Assembly: GCA_963702205.1 (NCBI GenBank)
Contig: OY969724.1
Coordinates: 2,880,001-2,944,000 of the forward strand
Source: an uncultured candidate division Zixibacteria bacterium
GTDB lineage: Bacteria > Zixibacteria > MSB-5A5 > GN15 > PGXB01
Reading direction: 5' to 3'
DNA: 64,000 nt
Shown: positions 20,301 through 32,145 of the stretch, one piece after another
Numbering within the stretch: position 1 is the first letter of the stretch
Layout of the letters: each line of letters opens with the position of its first letter
The notes under the pieces: generated by a model
What the model was told of the DNA's origin: nothing
Seen by the model: only the letters and a program-made list of their open reading frames with translations
The model's database searches: none
Position numbers and translations under genes: made by a program

Positions 20301-21701
20301 TCAATTCACTATATGTATCGCCTTTTTATTGGCGTTCAGACCGGCTTCCATCAGCGCTTCGGACAGCGTCGGATGAATCGCCATGATCTGCCCCAAATCC
20401 TCGGCGGTGCCGTCGAATTCCATCAGAGCCGTCCCGGCATAAATTATGTCGCCCGAATGCGGGCCGAATATGTGGACGCCGAGAATCTCATCGGTGTTCT
20501 TGTCGGAAATGACCTTGGTGAATCCGTCCATCGCCTGAGTCGCGATGGCTTTGCCGACGGCGCGGTACGGAAACTTGCCGATCTTGATTTCGCGGCCATC
20601 CTTCTGCGCCTGCTGTTCGGTCAGGCCGATACCGGCGATTTCCGGATCGGTGAAGACGGCGTAGGGCACGGCTTTCCAGTCGGCCCCCATCGTGTGACCC
20701 GCTATGGCTTCGACCGCCACTATCCCCTCGTGCGACGCCTTGTGCGCCAGCAACAGACCACCGGCGACGTCGCCGATAGCGAAAATCGAAGAGACATTGG
20801 TGCGGCGGTTGTTATCGGTTATGACAAAGCCGTGGTCGTCGGTTTTGACTCCGGCCTTGTGCAGATTCAAATCGGCCGTGTTCGGCTTCATGCCCGCGGC
20901 GACCAAAAGCATTTCGAACGTGAATGTTTTTTCACCATCGGGCGTATCGACGACGACGTCGATCTTGTCCTTCTTCGCTTCCGACGATTTCACTTTCGAC
21001 GACGTGTACACTTCCAGCCCCTGCTTCTTGAAAGCTTTGGCCGCGGCATCGACGATATCTTTATCCAGCGACGGCAGCACCGTGTCGAGCATCTCGATGA
21101 CGGTTACTTTGGCGCCGAGCGTATTGTACACCGAGGCCATCTCGACACCGATCGGCCCGGCCCCGATGACACCGAGACTTTTTGGCACACGAGGGATGTC
21201 GATCGCCTCTCTTGCTCCGATGACGACTTTGCCATCGTGCTTGATCATCGGCAGTTTGATCGTGGTCGTCCCGGTGGCGATGACGAAATTGTCGGAGACG
21301 ACACTGGTCCGCTCCGGATTGTCACCGTACACTTCGATTTCCTTTTCCGACACGAACGACGCTTTACCCATAAATATCTTCACGCCCGCTTTATCCAGCA
21401 GCATCTTGACGCCGCCGGTCAGGCGCTTGACGGTACTGTCTTTGTGTTTGCGCAGCAGGTCAAGATCAATCGAAATCTTCTCGGTCTTAAGACCGATTTT
21501 GGAGGCCTCTTCGACCGCCCGCTTGAGCTCGGATACGTACAGCAGGGTCTTGGACGGGATGCAGCCCCAGTTGAGACAGACGCCGCCGATGTATTCTCTT
21601 TCGATGATCGCCGTTTTAAGTCCCAGCTGCGCGGCCCGTATAGCCGCCACATAACCGCCCGGCCCGGCCCCTATTATGACAATATCAAATTTATCAGCCA
21701 T
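20301..21701 (-). CDS. lpdA: dihydrolipoyl dehydrogenase (E3)
   Basis: GAGPGGY, GGVCLNWGCIPSK, GAGPIG, HPTLSE. Confidence 0.97.
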   Translation of the reverse strand: MADKFDIVIIGAGPGGYVAAIRAAQLGLKTAIIEREYIGGVCLNWGCIPSKTLLYVSELKRAVEEASKIGLKTEKISIDLDLLRKHKDSTVKRLTGGVKMLLDKAGVKIFMGKASFVSEKEIEVYGDNPERTSVVSDNFVIATGTTTIKLPMIKHDGKVVIGAREAIDIPRVPKSLGVIGAGPIGVEMASVYNTLGAKVTVIEMLDTVLPSLDKDIVDAAAKAFKKQGLEVYTSSKVKSSEAKKDKIDVVVDTPDGEKTFTFEMLLVAAGMKPNTADLNLHKAGVKTDDHGFVITDNNRRTNVSSIFAIGDVAGGLLLAHKASHEGIVAVEAIAGHTMGADWKAVPYAVFTDPEIAGIGLTEQQAQKDGREIKIGKFPYRAVGKAIATQAMDGFTKVISDKNTDEILGVHIFGPHSGDIIYAGTALMEFDGTAEDLGQIMAIHPTLSEALMEAGLNANKKAIHIVN

Positions 21702-21713
21702 ATCATAAGTCCT

Positions 21714-22997
21714 TTATACCACTTCCGCCAGCCAGCTGTCGGGATCCTCGAGGAACTCGATCATGCGGCGCAGGAACTGTACGGCATAGCCGCCGTCGAC
21801 GACCCGATGATCGAACGACAGGCCGAAATTCAAGATCGGGCGGATGACGATTTCCCCGTCGCGTACGACCGGCTTTTCGACGATTTTGTGGACGCCGAGA
21901 ATCGCCACCTGCGGGGCAGCGATGATCGGGGTCGAGTTGAGGGCACCGTACACTCCGGCGTTGGTGATCGAAATCGTCCCGCCGGTGATCTCGTTCATGG
22001 TCAGCTTGTCTTCGTTGGCCTTATCGCCCAGCGTCTTCATGTCCTTGGCTATTTCGAGAAGTGATTTTTGTTCGCAGTGTTTTATGACGGGCACGATCAG
22101 CGAATTATCACGCGCGACCGCCATCCCGACGTTAAAATATTTTTTGACGTGCAATTTGTCTTCTTCGACCGTCGCGTTCACCCACGGAAATTCCCGGGCC
22201 GCGAATATGATGGCTTTGCAGATAAACGGCATGTAGGTAATCCGGACGCCGTGTTTGGCTTCGAGTTTATCGACATATTTCTTGCGCCAGGCCACCAGGC
22301 TGCTCATATCGCACTCGTCGAAAGTTGTCACGTGCGGGATGGTGAATGCCGAATTAACCATGTGTTCGCCAATAACCCTGCGGACGCCGGTGATCGGAAT
22401 AATTTCTTCCGGCTCGGCCTGCGGGAACTGGAAATCGGGCTTGATCAGGTCGACCGTATGACGCATGTCGATATATTTTAAAACGTCTTCCTTGCTGACG
22501 CGCCCGTTTTTGCCGGTTGGCTGCACTTTCCGAAGATCGATGAAGTGCTCTTTGGCCAGCCGTCGTACTATCGGTGAAGACTTGGTCGCCTTGATGCCCT
22601 CGGCTATTTCTTCGTCGTGGGCGTGCACACCCATCGATTTATGATGCTCCAGCGTTCCGACGAATTCTTTGGGCGGCTCCTTGGGCTGCTGTTCTTCGGG
22701 CACACGCTCCTCGCCGTCCTCCGGCAACTCCTGGAACGCCTTCGATTCGACCACGTCGGCCTCGGTTTCCAGCACGGCAATCGCCTGACCGATCTTGACC
22801 ACCGTATCGGGTTCGATCAGATGTTTTTTCATGACACCGTCGTGCGGCGACGGCACCTCGATATTGATCTTATCGGTCATTATCTCGACCAGGGGATCGT
22901 CGGCTTTGATCTTATCCCCTTCTTTTTTCAACCATTTGACAATAGTGCCCTCGACCACGGATTCGCCCAGCGGCGGAACGACTACTTTATATTCCAT
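21714..22997 (-). CDS. 2-oxoacid dehydrogenase E2 (dihydrolipoamide acyltransferase), single lipoyl domain
   Basis: Lipoyl domain TDKI, E3-binding SPIVRRLA...GRVSKEDV, catalytic DHRVVDG. Confidence 0.95.
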   Translation of the reverse strand: MEYKVVVPPLGESVVEGTIVKWLKKEGDKIKADDPLVEIMTDKINIEVPSPHDGVMKKHLIEPDTVVKIGQAIAVLETEADVVESKAFQELPEDGEERVPEEQQPKEPPKEFVGTLEHHKSMGVHAHDEEIAEGIKATKSSPIVRRLAKEHFIDLRKVQPTGKNGRVSKEDVLKYIDMRHTVDLIKPDFQFPQAEPEEIIPITGVRRVIGEHMVNSAFTIPHVTTFDECDMSSLVAWRKKYVDKLEAKHGVRITYMPFICKAIIFAAREFPWVNATVEEDKLHVKKYFNVGMAVARDNSLIVPVIKHCEQKSLLEIAKDMKTLGDKANEDKLTMNEITGGTISITNAGVYGALNSTPIIAAPQVAILGVHKIVEKPVVRDGEIVIRPILNFGLSFDHRVVDGGYAVQFLRRMIEFLEDPDSWLAEVV

Positions 22998-23007
22998 TCT
23001 TCCTCCC

Positions 23008-23991
23008 TTAGTATTCCATTACCTTGCGAACGGCCCGAATGATTTTCTCGGCGTTGGGCAGGAAATAGTGCTCCATCGGCGGTGCGAATGGAAGCATCGG
23101 GACATCCAGCCCGGCCACTCGCACGACCGGTGCGTCGAGATAATCAAACGCCTCTTCCATTATGGTTGCGGCCACCTCGGCCATCACCCCGCCGGTCTTG
23201 GAATTTTCCTGCACCAGCACGGCCCGCGAAGTTTTCTTAACCGACTCCAGGATCATCTCGCGGTCCCAGGGAGACAGTGTCCGCATGTCTATCAATTCGA
23301 CCGATACACCGTCTTTTTCCAGCGTCTCGATTGCTTCCAAAGTGCGATGGTACATCAGTCCGTACGTTACTATCGTTATGTCTTTGCCTTCCTTGCGCAT
23401 AGCGGCTTTGCCGATCGGGACGGTGAAGTCGCCGTCGGGAAGGTCCTCTTTTATCCAGCGGTACAGCCGCTTGTGTTCGAAGAATATGACCGGGTCCTCG
23501 CCGCGTATGGCCGATTTTAATAATCCTTTGGCGTCGTACGGCGTCGCCGGAAGAATTACGACCAGTCCCGGCTGAGAGAAGAACCATTGTTCGTTTATCT
23601 GCGAATGGTACAACCCGCCGCCGACGTCGCCCCCACAGCACACCCGGAGCGTCATCGGGCAGGTCCACTCCCCGCCGCTGCGGTAGCGAATCTTGGCCGC
23701 CTGCTGGATGATCTGATCCATCGACGGTGTAATAAAGTCGGCGAACTGAATTTCAGGCACCGGTTTCATCCCGGCCATGGCTGCACCGACCGAACCACCG
23801 GCGATGAAAACTTCCGAAATCGGCGAATCAATAACGCGCTCGGAACCGTACTTGTCCATCAGGCCTTTGGTAGCTTTAAAAACGCCGCCGTACAGCGCGA
23901 TATCCTGACCGATCAAAAAGACGCGTTCGTCACGCGCCATTTCTTCGTCGAGGGCCTGGGTAATTCCCTGTATGTATGTCGTCATGGCCAT
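23008..23991 (-). CDS. 2-oxoacid dehydrogenase E1 beta (probably branched-chain type)
   Basis: GGVFKAT, DSPISE, EIQFADF, YHSQ, FEHK; likely start MAMTTY at 23991. Confidence 0.95.
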   Translation of the reverse strand: MAMTTYIQGITQALDEEMARDERVFLIGQDIALYGGVFKATKGLMDKYGSERVIDSPISEVFIAGGSVGAAMAGMKPVPEIQFADFITPSMDQIIQQAAKIRYRSGGEWTCPMTLRVCCGGDVGGGLYHSQINEQWFFSQPGLVVILPATPYDAKGLLKSAIRGEDPVIFFEHKRLYRWIKEDLPDGDFTVPIGKAAMRKEGKDITIVTYGLMYHRTLEAIETLEKDGVSVELIDMRTLSPWDREMILESVKKTSRAVLVQENSKTGGVMAEVAATIMEEAFDYLDAPVVRVAGLDVPMLPFAPPMEHYFLPNAEKIIRAVRKVMEY

Positions 23992-23995
23992 ATCG

Positions 23996-25051
23996 TCACT
24001 CCTCTTCCTCTTCGTCTTCCATAAGAGCATCGTGGCGAACCGGGAATGCCGACGAGTAAACGTCGTTATAAGCTTCCTCGGGCTCGACATACTTCTCGTT
24101 TTCGCAAATCTTGACCGCTTCGTCCACTTCCACGTCGACCTCAGAGATTATGGCGTCGCGTTTGGTTTCGTCGATCACACCGTTGGCCAGCAGAATCTTC
24201 TCCGCCCGTGCCAGGGGATCTTTCTTGATCCATTCTTCGACTTCGGTTTTTTGGCGATAATCGGCGGGGTCTATTTCGCTGTGGCCGTACCAGCGGTACG
24301 TCATACATTCGATGAAGGTCGGTCCCTCACCGGCACGCGCTCTTTTGACCGCTTCTGAGGAGACTTTGTATACTTCGAATATATCGTTGCCGTCGATGGT
24401 GGTACCCGGGAAACCGTAGGCCTTGGCCCTGTCCGCGAAATTCTTGATTCCGGCCTGAAGACTCGCCGGGACAGATTCCGCCCAGAAATTGTTCTGACAT
24501 ATATACACGCAGGCCAGCTTGTGCACCCCGGCGAAATTCAACGCCTCGTGCCAGCCGCCGCGCGACGTGGCCCCTTCTCCAAAAAACGAAACTACGACAT
24601 TATCTTTTTTCTGAATCTTGAACGCCATCGCCATACCGGTTCCGAGTATCGTCTGTGCGGCCAGCGTCGACGACGGGTGAATAACACCCTTCTCGCGGGA
24701 ACCGTAATGGCACGGATGAGCCTTGCCCTTGTCGGTCGAATTGCGCCGGGCGTAAACCTGTGCCACGATTATCGGCAGCGGGATTCCTTTGGTTATGGCC
24801 GCACCCAACTCACGATGCGACGGAGCGACGATGTCTTCGTCACGAAGGCCGTACGTCGGCCCGACCGTGGTCGCCTCCTGTCCGACCGCGGAGAAGTATG
24901 TCCCGGCGAAGCGTCCCTGGCGGAAAAGCTTCCGGAATTTCTCGTCCATAACGCGCGTTTTTAAAAGATTCGTATAAAGCCCGACCAGGGTCTTTTCCGG
25001 CAGGGCCAGCTTATCCAGGTTCGGGACTTTTTCCGTTGAGCTCTCAGCCAC
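23996..25051 (-). CDS. 2-oxoacid dehydrogenase E1 alpha
   Basis: GQEA, ThDP motif GEGATSRG...NN, TYRWYGHS. Confidence 0.95.
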   Translation of the reverse strand: MAESSTEKVPNLDKLALPEKTLVGLYTNLLKTRVMDEKFRKLFRQGRFAGTYFSAVGQEATTVGPTYGLRDEDIVAPSHRELGAAITKGIPLPIIVAQVYARRNSTDKGKAHPCHYGSREKGVIHPSSTLAAQTILGTGMAMAFKIQKKDNVVVSFFGEGATSRGGWHEALNFAGVHKLACVYICQNNFWAESVPASLQAGIKNFADRAKAYGFPGTTIDGNDIFEVYKVSSEAVKRARAGEGPTFIECMTYRWYGHSEIDPADYRQKTEVEEWIKKDPLARAEKILLANGVIDETKRDAIISEVDVEVDEAVKICENEKYVEPEEAYNDVYSSAFPVRHDALMEDEEEEE

Positions 25052-25136
25052 TTAACCTCCAACGGCTTTTTTATAATGAAACGTTATTTTACAATTTATC
25101 CTGTTACGCAACAAACATCGGTCATTTGAAACAAAT

Positions 25137-26342
25137 CTACTCTTTATATGGCCACGCCGGAAGGTTGACGCGCCGAGGTTTGTCTTCGCGGTATCCCAGC
25201 GCATAATCGGCCTGCATCAGTTTGTGAATCTCACGCGTGCCTTCGTAGATCGACGCGCCTTTGCAGTTGCGATAAAACCGTTCCACAGGATATTCATCGG
25301 AAAATCCGTAGGCTCCATGAACCTGCACGGCGTCGGCGGCGGCCTTTTCGGCCTCCTGACAGGCAATCCACTTGGCCAGCGAGGTTTCTCTCGTCGCCCT
25401 GATCCCGGCATTACGCAGCCATCCGGCTTTCATCCATAACAGTCGAGCGTATTCGTAACCGGCAGACATATTGGCGATCATCTCTTTGACCAGTTGATGC
25501 CGCGCGATTTCAACTTCGAATGTCTTTCTGGTATGAGCATAACTGACGCTGGCGTCGAGACAGGCTCTGACCAATCCGGTCGATCCCCCTGCAACAGTGT
25601 AGCGCCCTTGCTCAAGACAGAACATGGCGATCCCGAAACCTTCACCTTCCTGACCGAGTAAATTCTCCGCCGGGACTTCGACGTCCTGCATAGCTATCCA
25701 GCCGGTGTTGCCCGCCCGAACGCCGAGCTTGCCGTGTATTGTGCCCGTCGTCACTCCGGGATATTTCCGTTCTACAATGAATCCGGAGATACCGCTGTGG
25801 TCGCGTTTCTGTTTCTTGTCGAGATCGGTCCAGGCAAAAATAAGAAAATTGTCGGCGACGTCGGACAGCGAAATCCACATTTTCTCACCGTTTAATATAT
25901 ATTTGTCGCCCTTCTTTTCGGCGGTCGTCTGAATACCGACCGCATCGGACCCGGCGTTGGGTTCGGTCAGGCCGAAGGTTCCTATTTTTTGACCTTTTGC
26001 CTGCGGAATCAAGTATTTTTCTTTTTGAAAATCATTACCCCACGACAACAGGGTCAAAGAGTTCAAGCCGATATGAACCGATAAAATGACGCGCGCCGAG
26101 GTGTCCGCGTATTCCAGTTCTTCACATGCCAGCCCCAGAGAAATATAATCCATGCCCGCTCCGCCGTATTTTTCAGGAAGACAGAGCCCCAGAACGTCGG
26201 CGTCGGCCATTTTGGTCAGTATGGATTTATCGAATTGTTCGTTTTTATCGTGTTCGCGAACGGTGGGGATAATATGCCTTGCAGCGAAATCTCGGCACAG
26301 TTCTGATACCGATTTATGATCCTCGTTTAGTTCAAAATCCAT
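25137..26342 (-). CDS. acyl-CoA dehydrogenase
   Basis: FGLTEPNAGSD, LNGEKMWI, QVHGAYG, IYEGT. Confidence 0.95.
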   Translation of the reverse strand: MDFELNEDHKSVSELCRDFAARHIIPTVREHDKNEQFDKSILTKMADADVLGLCLPEKYGGAGMDYISLGLACEELEYADTSARVILSVHIGLNSLTLLSWGNDFQKEKYLIPQAKGQKIGTFGLTEPNAGSDAVGIQTTAEKKGDKYILNGEKMWISLSDVADNFLIFAWTDLDKKQKRDHSGISGFIVERKYPGVTTGTIHGKLGVRAGNTGWIAMQDVEVPAENLLGQEGEGFGIAMFCLEQGRYTVAGGSTGLVRACLDASVSYAHTRKTFEVEIARHQLVKEMIANMSAGYEYARLLWMKAGWLRNAGIRATRETSLAKWIACQEAEKAAADAVQVHGAYGFSDEYPVERFYRNCKGASIYEGTREIHKLMQADYALGYREDKPRRVNLPAWPYKE

Positions 26343-26437
26343 TATTTCACCCGAAATCCGTTGTATTTTTGGTAATGAGAATCATACTCTTTTCACCTAA
26401 ATTTATCAAGTCAAAACAGCCGCAAACTCGTTTAGTT

Positions 26438-27241
26438 TCAATTAATTTGCGTCAAATGGCAAAAAATGGCGGCAAACCCGGCCGCGAACAAAGTCCCGGC
26501 CAGATTAACAAGATCGTTTTTCACCCATGATATCCCGCCGTTCAGACGGCTGCCCGGGGTTTTTGATTCCGAATGGCGGTTGGTGGCCGCGTCGAAATAG
26601 CGTCCCTGCACCGTCGCGCCCAGCACCGAGTCGATGACCGACCCCAGAAATCCGGCCAGCGATGCTGCCAGCCATATCATTACCGCTTCCGATCCGCCGC
26701 CAGCCAGATAAAAGGCCAGGCCGGTCAGAGCCGAACCTGCCAGAGAAGCCATTGTCCCGTTCAGGCTGACTCCTCCCGACTGCCCCGGTGTCAGCGATTT
26801 AAAATTAATTATTGAGACCGTCCCGACTTTGCGGATGGTCCCGATTTCGGTGGCCCAGGTATCGGCGGCCGCTTCACAAATTGCCGCCAGCGACATGGCC
26901 AGCCAGACTATCGACCCCGTTGCCCGGAATACGATCAAGGCTACCGAAGCCGCGCCGCCGTTGGCCAGCACTTGCCAGATATCCCGCGCGCCGGTTTTCT
27001 CGGCCAAGCGCATGGCTGTAGACTTATGGCCGCTTTTGATTCGTGAAAGAATACTCGCGGAAACAAAGAAAAACAAGAGCGGGACGGTCATAATCCAGCC
27101 GCCCAGCCCGAAAAAGATGGTCCCGACTATGACGGTCCCGACCGTTCCTGATACCGTCAGCGCCCGCAGAAAGTACAAAACCACCCCCAGCACCAGGGCC
27201 AGAGCGAATCCATAACCAATTTGTAGATCATTTAAGTCCAT
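26438..27241 (-). CDS. DUF92 (TMEM19-like) membrane protein
   Basis: RDIWQVLANG, ADTWATEIG, PGQSGGVS, DSVLGATVQ, NDLVN. Confidence 0.92.
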   Translation of the reverse strand: MDLNDLQIGYGFALALVLGVVLYFLRALTVSGTVGTVIVGTIFFGLGGWIMTVPLLFFFVSASILSRIKSGHKSTAMRLAEKTGARDIWQVLANGGAASVALIVFRATGSIVWLAMSLAAICEAAADTWATEIGTIRKVGTVSIINFKSLTPGQSGGVSLNGTMASLAGSALTGLAFYLAGGGSEAVMIWLAASLAGFLGSVIDSVLGATVQGRYFDAATNRHSESKTPGSRLNGGISWVKNDLVNLAGTLFAAGFAAIFCHLTQIN

Positions 27242-27287
27242 AATTGCGGCAACAATCTTTACGTATCTTTGTTACGGGATAAAGATT

Positions 27288-28331
27288 ATGGATTTATCCT
27301 CGAAAAACAAGATTGTTCTGGTGACCGGGGCCAGCGGCCAGTTTGGACGAAAACTCGTGCCGGAACTGATTCGCCGCGGTTATTCGGTGCGGGCCCATTT
27401 CCGATCCGAAGAAAAAGCCCGGCGCTGGTGTCCGCCGGAAGTTAAGGCGGTTTATGGTGATCTAATCGAGCCTTCGTGGCTGTCTGAAGCTGTAAATGGC
27501 TGTGACTTTGTCATCCACTGCGCCGCAAAGGTGAGCCTGCGATCCGGCCATATTGAAAACATTGTGAAGATCAACGTCGACGGTACCCGGGCGGTGGTCG
27601 AGGCTTGTTTCGAAAATAATATAAAAAGGTTGGTGCACGTGTCTTCTATTGCGGCGGTTGGGGCATCGACCAATGGCTCTCCCCTGGATGAGACCGCTCC
27701 TTTCAACTTGTCCGGATTCGATATCCCCTATTTTGAAACCAAACTCCAAGCCGAGCGAATTGCGCTTGATGCGAACAATGATAAGTTGGAAACAGTTGTC
27801 GTGAATCCCTCTATTATGATTTCCCCGCCTGACCGGAAGCTGACCGACGGTGACCGGGCCCGCATCCCCAAGAGAATACCGATTTATTTTGATCTCGGGA
27901 TTAATCTGGTGCAGACCGAAGACGTCGTCGACGGGACCATCAAAGCCCTCGAAAAAGGCCGCGACGGTCAGCGCTATATTCTGGCCGGAGAGAATGTATC
28001 GTCGAAGCGGCTGATTGACCTCGCCGCGAAATTCATGAACATGAAGCGTCCTTTTGTAAAAATCCCGCGCGCGGTTCTCTATTTAGCGGCGCTTTTGACC
28101 GAACTGTTCGGTTCCGGATACAGCCCGGTCAAGAAGGTTTTCCCGGCGTCGAAATTGAACAGGAATCTTGTCCGTCTGGCCGGGATGAAATTCTATTATT
28201 CGTCCGAAAAAGCAAAGAGCGAACTGGGCTTTAATCCGAGGCCACTGGAGCAGTCGATTACTGAAATCATCGCCGCATATTTCGGTCAAGCGGTCCCGGC
28301 AGATCAGCCCATAAAAAAAGCCGTCGTTTAA
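27288..28331 (+). CDS. NAD-dependent epimerase/dehydratase (extended SDR)
   Basis: VTGASGQFG, HCAA, VHVSS, YFETK. Confidence 0.9.
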   Translation: MDLSSKNKIVLVTGASGQFGRKLVPELIRRGYSVRAHFRSEEKARRWCPPEVKAVYGDLIEPSWLSEAVNGCDFVIHCAAKVSLRSGHIENIVKINVDGTRAVVEACFENNIKRLVHVSSIAAVGASTNGSPLDETAPFNLSGFDIPYFETKLQAERIALDANNDKLETVVVNPSIMISPPDRKLTDGDRARIPKRIPIYFDLGINLVQTEDVVDGTIKALEKGRDGQRYILAGENVSSKRLIDLAAKFMNMKRPFVKIPRAVLYLAALLTELFGSGYSPVKKVFPASKLNRNLVRLAGMKFYYSSEKAKSELGFNPRPLEQSITEIIAAYFGQAVPADQPIKKAVV

Positions 28332-28404
28332 TCCGACGGCCTTCGAGTCGTTCTACCATACGAACGACAACTTCAAGTGATCACTGTATTTTATTACTAC
28401 TTAA

Positions 28405-29031
28405 TTATTTGACAAACTTCTTGTAACGGGCGTTGATTCTTTCCCAACTCAGGTTCTTGATGAAATTGTCAATGTAGGTGGCCCGTCCGGCGCCGTCTTT
28501 GTGGTAGTAGGCATGCTCGAAAACGTCGCACGGAATCAGCGGGATAGCTCCCCACATGGCGCCATAATGATGCTCATCGACCAGCACGTTAAGCAGTCGT
28601 CCGCTGAAAAGAGAATCGAAAGCCAGCACGCCCCAGCCGGAGAGTTTGGCCGAGAAAGCGGTCGCCTTGAAATCTTCGACCCATTTATCGAACGAGCCAA
28701 ATTCCTTCTCGATAGCCTTCTTGATTTCCGGTCCCTTGCCCGGGTCACCGTCACCGCCAAGGACTTCCCAATAGACATCGTGCAGCAGCGCTCCGGCGTG
28801 GTTCCAGGTCTGACGGCGTTTCAGTTCGCCGATTTCGGAATAATTGCCGTTGGCTTTGGAGCGGTCGGCCGTGGCCAGGCCTTTTTCTATCGTATTGAGG
28901 GCAGCCACATAGCCGGCGTGGTGTTTGTTGTAGTGCCAGTCGGACGTTTCGGGCGAAATTACATTCTTGAGAAGAGTCTTTGCTTCATCGTCGCTATACG
29001 GACGAGCTTTGAGTTTCCATTCGTAAGCCAT
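28405..29031 (-). CDS. sod: Fe/Mn superoxide dismutase
   Basis: HYNKHHAGY, LHDVYW, FGSFD, SGW, DVFEHAYY. Confidence 0.95.
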   Translation of the reverse strand: MAYEWKLKARPYSDDEAKTLLKNVISPETSDWHYNKHHAGYVAALNTIEKGLATADRSKANGNYSEIGELKRRQTWNHAGALLHDVYWEVLGGDGDPGKGPEIKKAIEKEFGSFDKWVEDFKATAFSAKLSGWGVLAFDSLFSGRLLNVLVDEHHYGAMWGAIPLIPCDVFEHAYYHKDGAGRATYIDNFIKNLSWERINARYKKFVK

Positions 29032-29054
29032 TTTATTACTCCTTTTTTAGAAAC

Positions 29055-29108
29055 ATGTCAGGAGCTCCCTCGCTGCGCTCGGGACCTTCGGCAGGGCTCC
29101 TGACCTAC
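29055..29108 (-). repeat. GTAG REP-like element
   Basis: Minus strand GTAG-GTCAGGAGC...GCTCCTGAC-AT, same arms as 12745-12800. Confidence 0.85.
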
Positions 29109-29396
29109 TGAGGCCATTTTCGCAACTTTCGGCGGATATTATCTTTCGTTTATCGTTTCGATTACCCCTCATTACAACGGCTTTCGGAAATTGTTCCCGT
29201 GATTTTACGATGCTCCGATATGAAAATTGTATACGGGATGTTGGAGGCTGAAAAAGATGCAAAGAGCCCACCGCAAGGGGCTTGTTGAAAAAGTGGTGTC
29301 AATATGTTCCGTCAGGTTCTGATCCCGACGAAGTCGGGATTGACACCTTGTATCTTTGCGTCTGTTTATATATTAGCTATACTTTGCATATAATTA

Positions 29397-30504
<1,108 letters not shown>

Positions 30505-30752
30505 CAAATTAGACAGTCGCTGACGGCTTCTTTAGCTTCAATAACTTACAATGCGGTCAGGTCACACGCCCCGATAAATCGGGGCGCAGGACCTGACCGA
30601 ACAAGCTTTTTCAACAAGCCCCAGGCGGCGGGGCACCCCTTCATCGCAGCGCTGTTCCGGCAGGTCATCAAAGGCTGTCCGGATAAAATTATCATTGAAT
30701 CGTCGGATTTGAAGTTTGACCAGCGCTATTTGAAAGCATATCTTCTCCCAAC

Positions 30753-31943
30753 ATGGAATTTCCAAAATTGAAACTTAAGGCGTCAGGAAGAAAGGTCATC
30801 GCGCGAAGGCACCCCTGGGTTTTTTCCGGAGCCATTGAGAAAATCCCCGATGATATAGAAAACGGATCTCCGGTTTATCTAATCGACGGCGATAACATCG
30901 TAGCAAGCGGCCTTTTCTCACAAAAGTCGATGATAGCAGTCCGCATTATGGCGTTTGATAAAGTGACAATCGACCGCGAATTTATGAAGGATCGCATTTC
31001 AGCAGCCGCCGAAGCCAGAAAGCGGATAGGTTTTGAAGAAAACGCCGATACCACCGGCTACCGCCTCGTATACGGTGAATCCGATGGTCTCCCCGGCCTC
31101 GTAGTTGATCGATATGGCAACACTCTCGTTCTTCAAATCTCGACCGCCGGGACGGACAAGCTGCGCGAGACGATTGTCGAAATACTGACGGAATTATATA
31201 ATCCCACCGCTATTTATGAAAAAAGCGATCTGCCGTCGCGGCTCGAAGAAGGTTTAAAGCCGCAGTCGGGGCAACTGTACGGTGCAGATATCGAGACGAT
31301 AGAATTTCGTGAAAACGGCCGGACTTGTCTGGCCGATATCGTCACCGGTCAAAAAACCGGTTTCTATCTTGATCAGCGCGATTTGCGGCAGGAAATATAT
31401 CATCTGGCGAAAGACAAAAAAACCGCCGACCTGTTTTCGTACACCGGGGCGGCCGGTATCGCGGCGCTGGTCGGAGGAGCATCATCGGTTGATTTTGTCG
31501 ATTCCTCGGCCCCGGCTCTGGCTTTGTGTCGCAGACATGCCGAGATTAACGGATTTAATTATGAATCATTTGAAACCATCGAAGCCGATATTTTCCAGTG
31601 GCTCGGGACTCAAAATAATCCCAAGTACGATCTTGTTTTGCTCGATCCCCCGGCACTCATAAAATCACAAAAGCATATCGACGCCGGAGTCAAAGCTTAT
31701 CATTTTTTGAACCGGGCGGCGATTCGGATTATAAATGACTTTGGAATACTGGTTACATCGAGCTGTTCGTCGTTCATGACCGAAGAAATGCTTCTTGAGA
31801 TTCTTCATAAGGCCTCAAATCAGGCCGGTGTATCGCTTAACATATTAAAAGTGGTGCATCAATCGCCGGACCACCCGGTCCCGGTCACGTTTCCGGAGGC
31901 GGCGTATTTGAAATCATTTATCTGTCAGGTCCGAAGAAAATAA
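30753..31943 (+). CDS. rlmI: 23S rRNA m5C1962 methyltransferase RlmI family
   Basis: HPWVFSG PUA domain, GESDGLPGLVVDRY, GQKTGFYLDQR, LFSYTG, LDPP, TSSCS, YLK. Confidence 0.9.
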   Translation: MEFPKLKLKASGRKVIARRHPWVFSGAIEKIPDDIENGSPVYLIDGDNIVASGLFSQKSMIAVRIMAFDKVTIDREFMKDRISAAAEARKRIGFEENADTTGYRLVYGESDGLPGLVVDRYGNTLVLQISTAGTDKLRETIVEILTELYNPTAIYEKSDLPSRLEEGLKPQSGQLYGADIETIEFRENGRTCLADIVTGQKTGFYLDQRDLRQEIYHLAKDKKTADLFSYTGAAGIAALVGGASSVDFVDSSAPALALCRRHAEINGFNYESFETIEADIFQWLGTQNNPKYDLVLLDPPALIKSQKHIDAGVKAYHFLNRAAIRIINDFGILVTSSCSSFMTEEMLLEILHKASNQAGVSLNILKVVHQSPDHPVPVTFPEAAYLKSFICQVRRK

Positions 31944-32145
31944 TCACCGGCGGCTGCGGATAAAAGCTACAACCGCGCCAATAAATGAAGCAATATTGCC
32001 TGAAATCATTCCAATCCCCGGTTTAACTTTTATACTGAACGCAACGGCCGGGTAATCAAAATTTCGACACGAGGGCATATACAATTACAGCCCGACCGTT
32101 TTCTTAAACCGATCGGGCTGAATGAAATAGTCTGAAAATTCAGGT

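Noticed and set aside
20313..22064. 583-aa plus-strand ORF and similar long antisense ORFs (e.g. 36453-37502, 51862-52602)
   Set aside because: Antisense shadows of well-conserved genes with GC-rich third positions; no recognisable motifs.
29340..29375. Target-derived TTGACA as a hybrid promoter for the integrated IS
   Set aside because: No -10 hexamer at 16-18 nt spacing; the nearest TATA-like sequence is about 21 nt away.
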